This document shows positions 1 to 11,000 of a DNA stretch of 64,000 nt, piece after piece. The stretch is taken from the NCBI RefSeq assembly GCF_009914755.1, contig NC_060942.1; one strand, written 5' to 3'. The first letter of the stretch is position 1. Every line of letters starts with the position of its first letter. Origin of the DNA: the human T2T-CHM13v2.0 reference genome, Homo sapiens. The notes beneath the pieces are model-generated. The model was not told the origin of the DNA, searched no databases, and was given only the letters and a program-made list of their open reading frames with translations. A program made the position numbers and the translations under genes.

Positions 1-144
1 ATAAAAACTGGACAGAAGCATTCTCAGAAACTTGTTTATGCTGTATCTACTCAACTAACAAAGTTGAACCTTTCTTTTGATAGAGCAGTTTTGAAATGGT
101 CTTTTTGTGGAATCTGCAAGTGGATATTTGGCTAGTTTTGAGGA

Positions 145-161
145 TTTCGTTGGAAGCGGGA
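145..161 (+). other. CENP-B box, monomer 1 (repeated in every HOR)
   Basis: TTTCGTTGGAAGCGGGA matches NTTCGNNNNANNCGGGN; overlaps the EcoRI site at 160-165. Confidence 0.95.
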
Positions 162-482
162 ATTCATACAAATTGCAGACTGCAGCGTTCTGAGAAACAT
201 CTTTGTGATGTTTGTATTCAGGACACAGAGTTGAACATTCCCTATCATAGAGCAGGTTGGAATCACTCCTTTTGTAGTATCTGGAAGTGGACATTTGGAG
301 CGCTTTCAGGCCTATTTTGGAAAGGGAAATATCTTCCCGTAACAACTATGCAGAAGCATTCTCAGAAACTTGTTTGTGATGTGTGCCCTCTACTGACAGA
401 GTTGAACCTTTCTTTTCATAGAGCAGTTTTGAAACACTCTTTTTGTAGAATCTGCAAGAGGATATTTGCATAGCTTTGAGGA

Positions 483-499
483 TTTCGTGGGAAACGGGA
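483..499 (+). other. CENP-B box, monomer 3
   Basis: TTTCGTGGGAAACGGGA; all nine essential positions intact. Confidence 0.93.
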
Positions 500-824
500 T
501 TGTCTTCAGGTAAAATCTAGACAGAAGCATTCTCAGAAACTTCTTTGGGATGTTTGCATTCAAGTCACAGAGTAGAACATTCCCTTTGGTAGAGCAGGTT
601 TGAAACACTCTTTTTGTAGTATCTGGAAGTGGACATTTGGAGCGCTTTCAGGCCCATGTTGGAAAGGGAAATATCTTCCCGTAACAACTAGGCAGAAGCA
701 TTCTCAGAAACTTATTTGAGATGTGTGTACTCAACTAAGAGAATTGAACCACCGTTTTGAAGGAGCAGTTTTGAAACACTCTTTTTCTGGAATCTGCAAG
801 AGTATATTTGCCTAGCCTTGAGGA

Positions 825-841
825 TTTCGTTGGAAACGGGA
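825..841 (+). other. CENP-B box, monomer 5
   Basis: TTTCGTTGGAAACGGGA, canonical. Confidence 0.95.
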
Positions 842-1166
842 TTGTCTTCAGAGAAAATCTAGACAGAAGCATTCTCAGAAACTTCTTTGGGATGCTTGCA
901 TTCAAGTCACAGAGTAGAACATTCCCTTTGGTAGAGCAGGTTTGAAACACTCTTTTTGTAGTATCTGGAAGTGGACATTTGGAGCGCTTTCAGGCCTACG
1001 TTGGAAAAGGAAATATCTTCCCATAACAACTAGACAGAAGCATTCTCAGAAACTAGTTTCTGATGTGTGTCCTCAACTAACACAGTTGAACATTTCTTTA
1101 GACAGAACAGTTTTGAAACACTCTTTTTGTGGAATCTGCAAGTGGCTATTTGGCTAGATTTGAGGA

Positions 1167-1183
1167 TTTCGTTGGAAACGGGA
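1167..1183 (+). other. CENP-B box, monomer 7
   Basis: TTTCGTTGGAAACGGGA, canonical. Confidence 0.95.
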
Positions 1184-1333
1184 TTACATATAAAAAGCAG
1201 TCAGCGGCATTCTCAGAAAGTTCTTTGTGATGATTGCATTCAAGTCACAGAATTGAACATTCCCTTTCACAGAGCAGGTTTGAAACACTCTTTTTGTAGT
1301 GTGTGTAAGTGGACATTTGGAGCACTTACCGGC

Positions 1334-1350
1334 CTAAGGTGAAAAAGGAA
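1334..1350 (+). other. A-box / pJ-alpha-like site, monomer 8
   Basis: CTAAGGTGAAAAAGGAA at the position homologous to the CENP-B box; resembles the A-type monomer pJ-alpha motif as I recall it. Confidence 0.7.
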
Positions 1351-1504
1351 ATATCTTCCCATAAAAACTAGACAGAAGCATTCTCAGAAACTTACTCGTG
1401 ATGTGTGTCCTCAACTAAAGGAGTAGAACCTTTCTTTTCATAGAGAAGTTTTGAAACGCTCTTTTTGTGGAATCTGCAAGTGGATATTTGGCTAGTTTTG
1501 AGGA

Positions 1505-1521
1505 TTTCGTTGGAAGCGGGA
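1505..1521 (+). other. CENP-B box, monomer 9
   Basis: TTTCGTTGGAAGCGGGA; overlaps the second EcoRI site at 1520-1525. Confidence 0.95.
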
Positions 1522-1842
1522 ATTCATACAAATTGCAGACTGCAGCGTTCTGAGAAACATCTTTGTGATGTTTGTATTCAGGACACAGAGTTGAACATTC
1601 CCTATCATAGAGCAGGTTTGAATCACTCCTTTTGTAGTATCTGGAAGTGGACATTTGGAGCGCTTTCAGGCCTATGTTGGAAAAGGAAATATCTTCCCAT
1701 AACAACTAGACAGAAGCATTCTCAGAAACTTATTTGAGATGTGTGTACTCAACTAAGAGAATTGAACCACCGTTTTGAAGGAGCAGTTTTGAAACTCTCT
1801 TTTTCTGGAATCTGCAAGTGGATATTTGGCTAGCTTTGGGGA

Positions 1843-1859
1843 TTTCGCTGGAAGCGGGA
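1843..1859 (+). other. CENP-B box, monomer 11
   Basis: TTTCGCTGGAAGCGGGA; essential positions intact. Box spacing across the HOR is 338, 342, 342, 338, 338, 337 bp. Confidence 0.93.
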
Positions 1860-2008
1860 ATACATATAAAAAGCACACAGCAGCGTTCTGAGAAACTGCT
1901 TTCTGATGTTTGCATTCAAGTCAAAAGTTGAACACTCCCTTTCATAGAGCAGTCCTGAAACACCCCTTTTGTAGTATCTGGAACTGGACTTTTGGAGCGA
2001 TTTCAGGG

Positions 2009-2025
2009 CTAAGGTGAAAAAGGAA
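2009..2025 (+). other. A-box / pJ-alpha-like site, monomer 12
   Basis: CTAAGGTGAAAAAGGAA, same motif as in monomer 8. Confidence 0.7.
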
Positions 2026-5000
2026 ATATCTTCCCATAAAAACTGGACAGAAGCATTCTCAGAAACTTGTTTATGCTGTATCTACTCAACTAACAAAGTT
2101 GAACCTTTCTTTTGATAGAGCAGTTTTGAAATGGTCTTTTTGTGGAATCTGCAAGTGGATATTTGGCTAGTTTTGAGGATTTCGTTGGAAGCGGGAATTC
2201 ATACAAATTGCAGACTGCAGCGTTCTGAGAAACATCTTTGTGATGTTTGTATTCAGGACACAGAGTTGAACATTCCCTATCATAGAGCAGGTTGGAATCA
2301 CTCCTTTTGTAGTATCTGGAAGTGGACATTTGGAGCGCTTTCAGGCCTATTTTGGAAAGGGAAATATCTTCCCGTAACAACTATGCAGAAGCATTCTCAG
2401 AAACTTGTTTGTGATGTGTGCCCTCTACTGACAGAGTTGAACCTTTCTTTTCATAGAGCAGTTTTGAAACACTCTTTTTGTAGAATCTGCAAGAGGATAT
2501 TTGCATAGCTTTGAGGATTTCGTGGGAAACGGGATTGTCTTCAGGTAAAATCTAGACAGAAGCATTCTCAGAAACTTCTTTGGGATGTTTGCATTCAAGT
2601 CACAGAGTAGAACATTCCCTTTGGTAGAGCAGGTTTGAAACACTCTTTTTGTAGTATCTGGAAGTGGACATTTGGAGTGCTTTCAGGCCCATGTTGGAAA
2701 GGGAAATATCTTCCCGTAACAACTAGGCAGAAGCATTCTCAGAAACTTATTTGAGATGTGTGTACTCAACTAAGAGAATTGAACCACCGTTTTGAAGGAG
2801 CAGTTTTGAAACACTCTTTTTCTGGAATCTGCAAGAGTATATTTGCCTAGCCTTGAGGATTTCGTTGGAAACGGGATTGTCTTCAGAGAAAATCTAGACA
2901 GAAGCATTCTCAGAAACTTCTTTGGGATGCTTGCATTCAAGTCACAGAGTAGAACATTCCCTTTGGTAGAGCAGGTTTGAAACACTCTTTTTGTAGTATC
3001 TGGAAGTGGACATTTGGAGCGCTTTCAGGCCTACGTTGGAAAAGGAAATATCTTCCCATAACAACTAGACAGAAGCATTCTCAGAAACTAGTTTCTGATG
3101 TGTGTCCTCAACTAACACAGTTGAACATTTCTTTAGACAGAACAGTTTTGAAACACTCTTTTTGTGGAATCTGCAAGTGGCTATTTGGCTAGATTTGAGG
3201 ATTTCGTTGGAAACGGGATTACATATAAAAAGCAGTCAGCGGCATTCTCAGAAAGTTCTTTGTGATGATTGCATTCAAGTCACAGAATTGAACATTCCCT
3301 TTCACAGAGCAGGTTTGAAACACTCTTTTTGTAGTGTGTGTAAGTGGACATTTGGAGCACTTACCGGCCTAAGGTGAAAAAGGAAATATCTTCCCATAAA
3401 AACTAGACAGAAGCATTCTCAGAAACTTACTCGTGATGTGTGTCCTCAACTAAAGGAGTAGAACCTTTCTTTTCATAGAGAAGTTTTGAAACGCTCTTTT
3501 TGTGGAATCTGCAAGTGGATATTTGGCTAGTTTTGAGGATTTCGTTGGAAGCGGGAATTCATACAAATTGCAGACTGCAGCGTTCTGAGAAACATCTTTG
3601 TGATGTTTGTATTCAGGACACAGAGTTGAACATTCCCTATCATAGAGCAGGTTGGAATCACTCCTTTTGTAGTATCTGGAAGTGGACATTTGGAGCGCTT
3701 TCAGGCCTATGTTGGAAAAGGAAATATCTTCCCATAACAACTAGACAGAAGCATTCTCAGAAACTTATTTGAGATGTGTGTACTCAACTAAGAGAATTGA
3801 ACCACCGTTTTGAAGGAGCAGTTTTGAAACTCTCTTTTTCTGGAATCTGCAAGTGGATATTTGGCTAGCTTTGGGGATTTCGCTGGAAGCGGGAATACAT
3901 ATAAAAAGCACACAGCAGCGTTCTGAGAAACTGCTTTCTGATGTTTGCATTCAAGTCAAAAGTTGAACACTCCCTTTCATAGAGCAGTCCTGAAACACCC
4001 CTTTTGTAGTATCTGGAACTGGACTTTTGGAGCGATTTCAGGGCTAAGGTGAAAAAGGAAATATCTTCCCATAAAAACTGGACAGAAGCATTCTCAGAAA
4101 CTTGTTTATGCTGTATCTACTCAACTAACAAAGTTGAACCTTTCTTTTGATAGAGCAGTTTTGAAATGGTCTTTTTGTGGAATCTGCAAGTGGATATTTG
4201 GCTAGTTTTGAGGATTTCGTTGGAAGCGGGAATTCATACAAATTGCAGACTGCAGCGTTCTGAGAAACATCTTTGTGATGTTTGTATTCAGGACACAGAG
4301 TTGAACATTCCCTATCATAGAGCAGGTTGGAATCACTCCTTTTGTAGTATCTGGAAGTGGACATTTGGAGCGCTTTCAGGCCTATTTTGGAAAGGGAAAT
4401 ATCTTCCCGTAACAACTATGCAGAAGCATTCTCAGAAACTTGTTTGTGATGTGTGCCCTCTACTGACAGAGTTGAACCTTTCTTTTCATAGAGCAGTTTT
4501 GAAACACTCTTTTTGTAGAATCTGCAAGAGGATATTTGCATAGCTTTGAGGATTTCGTGGGAAACGGGATTGTCTTCAGGTAAAATCTAGACAGAAGCAT
4601 TCTCAGAAACTTCTTTGGGATGTTTGCATTCAAGTCACAGAGTAGAACATTCCCTTTGGTAGAGCAGGTTTGAAACACTCTTTTTGTAGTATCTGGAAGT
4701 GGACATTTGGAGCGCTTTCAGGCCCATGTTGGAAAGGGAAATATCTTCCCGTAACAACTAGGCAGAAGCATTCTCAGAAACTTATTTGAGATGTGTGTAC
4801 TCAACTAAGAGAATTGAACCACCGTTTTGAAGGAGCAGTTTTGAAACACTCTTTTTCTGGAATCTGCAAGAGTATATTTGCCTAGCCTTGAGGATTTCGT
4901 TGGAAACGGGATTGTCTTCAGAGAAAATCTAGACAGAAGCATTCTCAGAAACTTCTTTGGGATGCTTGCATTCAAGTCACAGAGTAGAACATTCCCTTTG

Positions 5001-8000
5001 GTAGAGCAGGTTTGAAACACTCTTTTTTTAGTATCTGGAAGTGGACATTTGGAGCACTTTCAGGCCTACGTTGGAAAAGGAAATATCTTCCCATAACAAC
5101 TAGACAGAAGCATTCTCAGAAACTAGTTTCTGATGTGTGTCCTCAACTAACACAGTTGAACATTTCTTTAGACAGAACAGTTTTGAAACACTCTTTTTGT
5201 GGAATCTGCAAGTGGCTATTTGGCTAGATTTGAGGATTTCGTTGGAAACGGGATTACATATAAAAAGCAGTCAGCGGCATTCTCAGAAAGTTCTTTGTGA
5301 TGATTGCATTCAAGTCACAGAATTGAACATTCCCTTTCACAGAGCAGGTTTGAAACACTCTTTTTGTAGTGTGTGTAAGTGGACATTTGGAGCACTTACC
5401 GGCCTAAGGTGAAAAAGGAAATATCTTCCCATAAAAACTAGACAGAAGCATTCTCAGAAACTTACTCGTGATGTGTGTCCTCAACTAAAGGGGTAGAACC
5501 TTTCTTTTCATAGAGAAGTTTTGAAACGCTCTTTTTGTGGAATCTGCAAGTGGATATTTGGCTAGTTTTGAGGATTTCGTTGGAAGCGGGAATTCATACA
5601 AATTGCAGACTGCAGCGTTCTGAGAAACATCTTTGTGATGTTTGTATTCAGGACACAGAGTTGAACATTCCCTATCATAGAGCAGGTTTGAATCACTCCT
5701 TTTGTAGTATCTGGAAGTGGACATTTGGAGCGCTTTCAGGCCTATGTTGGAAAAGGAAATATCTTCCCATAACAACTAGACAGAAGCATTCTCAGAAACT
5801 TATTTGAGATGTGTGTACTCAACTAAGAGAATTGAACCACCGTTTTGAAGGAGCAGTTTTGAAACTCTCTTTTTCTGGAATCTGCAAGTGGATATTTGGC
5901 TAGCTTTGGGGATTTCGCTGGAAGCGGGAATACATATAAAAAGCACACAGCAGCGTTCTGAGAAACTGCTTTCTGATGTTTGCATTCAAGTCAAAAGTTG
6001 AACACTCCCTTTCATAGAGCAGTCCTGAAACACCCCTTTTGTAGTATCTGGAACTGGACTTTTGGAGCGATTTCAGGGCTAAGGTGAAAAAGGAAATATC
6101 TTCCCATAAAAACTGGACAGAAGCATTCTCAGAAACTTGTTTATGCTGTATCTACTCAACTAACAAAGTTGAACCTTTCTTTTGATAGAGCAGTTTTGAA
6201 ATGGTCTTTTTGTGGAATCTGCAAGTGGATATTTGGCTAGTTTTGAGGATTTCGTTGGAAGCGGGAATTCATACAAATTGCAGACTGCAGCGTTCTGAGA
6301 AACATCTTTGTGATGTTTGTATTCAGGACACAGAGTTGAACATTCCCTATCATAGAGCAGGTTGGAATCACTCCTTTTGTAGTATCTGGAAGTGGACATT
6401 TGGAGCGCTTTCAGGCCTATTTTGGAAAGGGAAATATCTTCCCGTAACAACTATGCAGAAGCATTCTCAGAAACTTGTTTGTGATGTGTGCCCTCTACTG
6501 ACAGAGTTGAACCTTTCTTTTCATAGAGCAGTTTTGAAACACTCTTTTTGTAGAATCTGCAAGAGGATATTTGCATAGCTTTGAGGATTTCGTGGGAAAC
6601 GGGATTGTCTTCAGGTAAAATCTAGACAGAAGCATTCTCAGAAACTTCTTTGGGATGTTTGCATTCAAGTCACAGAGTAGAACATTCCCTTTGGTAGAGC
6701 AGGTTTGAAACACTCTTTTTGTAGTATCTGGAAGTGGACATTTGGAGCGCTTTCAGGCCCATGTTGGAAAGGGAAATATCTTCCCGTAACAACTAGGCAG
6801 AAGCATTCTCAGAAACTTATTTGAGATGTGTGTACTCAACTAAGAGAATTGAACCACCGTTTTGAAGGAGCAGTTTTGAAACACTCTTTTTCTGGAATCT
6901 GCAAGAGTATATTTGCCTAGCCTTGAGGATTTCGTTGGAAACGGGATTGTCTTCAGAGAAAATCTAGACAGAAGCATTCTCAGAAACTTCTTTGGGATGC
7001 TTGCATTCAAGTCACAGAGTAGAACATTCCCTTTGGTAGAGCAGGTTTGAAACACTCTTTTTGTAGTATCTGGAAGTGGACATTTGGAGCGCTTTCAGGC
7101 CTACGTTGGAAAAGGAAATATCTTCCCATAACAACTAGACAGAAGCATTCTCAGAAACTAGTTTCTGATGTGTGTCCTCAACTAACACAGTTGAACATTT
7201 CTTTAGACAGAACAGTTTTGAAACACTCTTTTTGTGGAATCTGCAAGTGGCTATTTGGCTAGATTTGAGGATTTCGTTGGAAACGGGATTACATATAAAA
7301 AGCAGTCAGCGGCATTCTCAGAAAGTTCTTTGTGATGATTGCATTCAAGTCACAGAATTGAACATTCCCTTTCACAGAGCAGGTTTGAAACACTCTTTTT
7401 GTAGTGTGTGTAAGTGGACATTTGGAGCACTTACCGGCCTAAGGTGAAAAAGGAAATATCTTCCCATAAAAACTAGACAGAAGCATTCTCAGAAACTTAC
7501 TCGTGATGTGTGTCCTCAACTAAAGGGGTAGAACCTTTCTTTTCATAGAGAAGTTTTGAAACGCTCTTTTTGTGGAATCTGCAAGTGGATATTTGGCTAG
7601 TTTTGAGGATTTCGTTGGAAGCGGGAATTCATACAAATTGCAGACTGCAGCGTTCTGAGAAACATCTTTGTGATGTTTGTATTCAGGACACAGAGTTGAA
7701 CATTCCCTATCATAGAGCAGGTTTGAATCACTCCTTTTGTAGTATCTGGAAGTGGACATTTGGAGCGCTTTCAGGCCTATGTTGGAAAAGGAAATATCTT
7801 CCCATAACAACTAGACAGAAGCATTCTCAGAAACTTATTTGAGATGTGTGTACTCAACTAAGAGAATTGAACCACCGTTTTGAAGGAGCAGTTTTGAAAC
7901 TCTCTTTTTCTGGAATCTGCAAGTGGATATTTGGCTAGCTTTGGGGATTTCGCTGGAAGCGGGAATACATATAAAAAGCACACAGCAGCGTTCTGAGAAA

Positions 8001-11000
8001 CTGCTTTCTGATGTTTGCATTCAAGTCAAAAGTTGAACACTCCCTTTCATAGAGCAGTCCTGAAACACCCCTTTTGTAGTATCTGGAACTGGACTTTTGG
8101 AGCGATTTCAGGGCTAAGGTGAAAAAGGAAATATCTTCCCATAAAAACTGGACAGAAGCATTCTCAGAAACTTGTTTATGCTGTATCTACTCAACTAACA
8201 AAGTTGAACCTTTCTTTTGATAGAGCAGTTTTGAAATGGTCTTTTTGTGGAATCTGCAAGTGGATATTTGGCTAGTTTTGAGGATTTCGTTGGAAGCGGG
8301 AATTCATACAAATTGCAGACTGCAGCGTTCTGAGAAACATCTTTGTGATGTTTGTATTCAGGACACAGAGTTGAACATTCCCTATCATAGAGCAGGTTGG
8401 AATCACTCCTTTTGTAGTATCTGGAAGTGGACATTTGGAGCGCTTTCAGGCCTATTTTGGAAAGGGAAATATCTTCCCGTAACAACTATGCAGAAGCATT
8501 CTCAGAAACTTGTTTGTGATGTGTGCCCTCTACTGACAGAGTTGAACCTTTCTTTTCATAGAGCAGTTTTGAAACACTCTTTTTGTAGAATCTGCAAGAG
8601 GATATTTGCATAGCTTTGAGGATTTCGTGGGAAACGGGATTGTCTTCAGGTAAAATCTAGACAGAAGCATTCTCAGAAACTTCTTTGGGATGTTTGCATT
8701 CAAGTCACAGAGTAGAACATTCCCTTTGGTAGAGCAGGTTTGAAACACTCTTTTTGTAGTATCTGGAAGTGGACATTTGGAGCGCTTTCAGGCCCATGTT
8801 GGAAAGGGAAATATCTTCCCGTAACAACTAGGCAGAAGCATTCTCAGAAACTTATTTGAGATGTGTGTACTCAACTAAGAGAATTGAACCACCGTTTTGA
8901 AGGAGCAGTTTTGAAACACTCTTTTTCTGGAATCTGCAAGAGTATATTTGCCTAGCCTTGAGGATTTCGTTGGAAACGGGATTGTCTTCAGAGAAAATCT
9001 AGACAGAAGCATTCTCAGAAACTTCTTTGGGATGCTTGCATTCAAGTCACAGAGTAGAACATTCCCTTTGGTAGAGCAGGTTTGAAACACTCTTTTTGTA
9101 GTATCTGGAAGTGGACATTTGGAGCGCTTTCAGGCCTACGTTGGAAAAGGAAATATCTTCCCATAACAACTAGACAGAAGCATTCTCAGAAACTAGTTTC
9201 TGATGTGTGTCCTCAACTAACACAGTTGAACATTTCTTTAGACAGAACAGTTTTGAAACACTCTTTTTGTGGAATCTGCAAGTGGCTATTTGGCTAGATT
9301 TGAGGATTTCGTTGGAAACGGGATTACATATAAAAAGCAGTCAGCGGCATTCTCAGAAAGTTCTTTGTGATGATTGCATTCAAGTCACAGAATTGAACAT
9401 TCCCTTTCACAGAGCAGGTTTGAAACACTCTTTTTGTAGTGTGTGTAAGTGGACATTTGGAGCACTTACCGGCCTAAGGTGAAAAAGGAAATATCTTCCC
9501 ATAAAAACTAGACAGAAGCATTCTCAGAAACTTACTCGTGATGTGTGTCCTCAACTAAAGGAGTAGAACCTTTCTTTTCATAGAGAAGTTTTGAAACGCT
9601 CTTTTTGTGGAATCTGCAAGTGGATATTTGGCTAGTTTTCAGGATTTCGTTGGAAGCGGGAATTCATACAAATTGCAGACTGCAGCGTTCTGAGAAACAT
9701 CTTTGTGATGTTTGTATTCAGGACACAGAGTTGAACATTCCCTATCATAGAGCAGGTTTGAATCACTCCTTTTGTAGTATCTGGAAGTGGACATTTGGAG
9801 CGCTTTCAGGCCTATGTTGGAAAAGGAAATATCTTCCCATAACAACTAGACAGAAGCATTCTCAGAAACTTATTTGAGATGTGTGTACTCAACTAAGAGA
9901 ATTGAACCACCGTTTTGAAGGAGCAGTTTTGAAACTCTCTTTTTCTGGAATCTGCAAGTGGATATTTGGCTAGCTTTGGGGATTTCGCTGGAAGCGGGAA
10001 TACATATAAAAAGCACACAGCAGCGTTCTGAGAAACTGCTTTCTGATGTTTGCATTCAAGTCAAAAGTTGAACACTCCCTTTCATAGAGCAGTCCTGAAA
10101 CACCCCTTTTGTAGTATCTGGAACTGGACTTTTGGAGCGATTTCAGGGCTAAGGTGAAAAAGGAAATATCTTCCCATAAAAACTGGACAGAAGCATTCTC
10201 AGAAACTTGTTTATGCTGTATCTACTCAACTAACAAAGTTGAACCTTTCTTTTGATAGAGCAGTTTTGAAATGCTCTTTTTGTGGAATCTGCAAGTGGAT
10301 ATTTGGCTAGTTTTGAGGATTTCGTTGGAAGCGGGAATTCATACAAATTGCAGACTGCAGCGTTCTGAGAAACATCTTTGTGATGTTTGTATTCAGGACA
10401 CAGAGTTGAACATTCCCTATCATAGAGCAGGTTGGAATCACTCCTTTTGTAGTATCTGGAAGTGGACATTTGGAGCGCTTTCAGGCCTATTTTGGAAAGG
10501 GAAATATCTTCCCGTAACAACTATGCAGAAGCATTCTCAGAAACTTGTTTGTGATGTGTGCCCTCTACTGACAGAGTTGAACCTTTCTTTTCATAGAGCA
10601 GTTTTGAAACACTCTTTTTGTAGAATCTGCAAGAGGATATTTGCATAGCTTTGAGGATTTCGTGGGAAACGGGATTGTCTTCAGGTAAAATCTAGACAGA
10701 AGCATTCTCAGAAACTTCTTTGGGATGTTTGCATTCAAGTCACAGAGTAGAACATTCCCTTTGGTAGAGCAGGTTTGAAACACTCTTTTTGTAGTATCTG
10801 GAAGTGGACATTTGGAGCGCTTTCAGGCCCATGTTGGAAAGGGAAATATCTTCCCGTAACAACTAGGCAGAAGCATTCTCAGAAACTTATTTGAGATGTG
10901 TGTACTCAACTAAGAGAATTGAACCACCGTTTTGAAGGAGCAGTTTTGAAACACTCTTTTTCTGGAATCTGCAAGAGTATATTTGCCTAGCCTTGAGGAT

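Larger units (their letters stand above)
19..2053 (+). repeat. One complete 12-monomer HOR unit (2035 bp)
   Basis: Monomer starts (C[A/G]TTCT[C/G]AGAAA) at 19, 186, 357, 528, 699, 870, 1041, 1208, 1379, 1546, 1717 and 1884, next unit at 2054. Lengths 167, 171, 171, 171, 171, 171, 167, 171, 167, 171, 167 and 170 sum to 2035. Confidence 0.95.

Noticed and set aside
324-338. Short dyads such as GGGAA-ATATC-TTCCC, TTCT-C-AGAA (STAT/GAS-like) and AGCGCT
   Set aside because: Stems are only 3-5 bp and are generic to alpha satellite; the sequence gives no evidence for terminator, cruciform or transcription-factor function.
1188-1196. TATA-like ATATAAAAA (also near 1864-1872)
   Set aside because: Ordinary AT-rich tail of B-type monomers with no promoter context.
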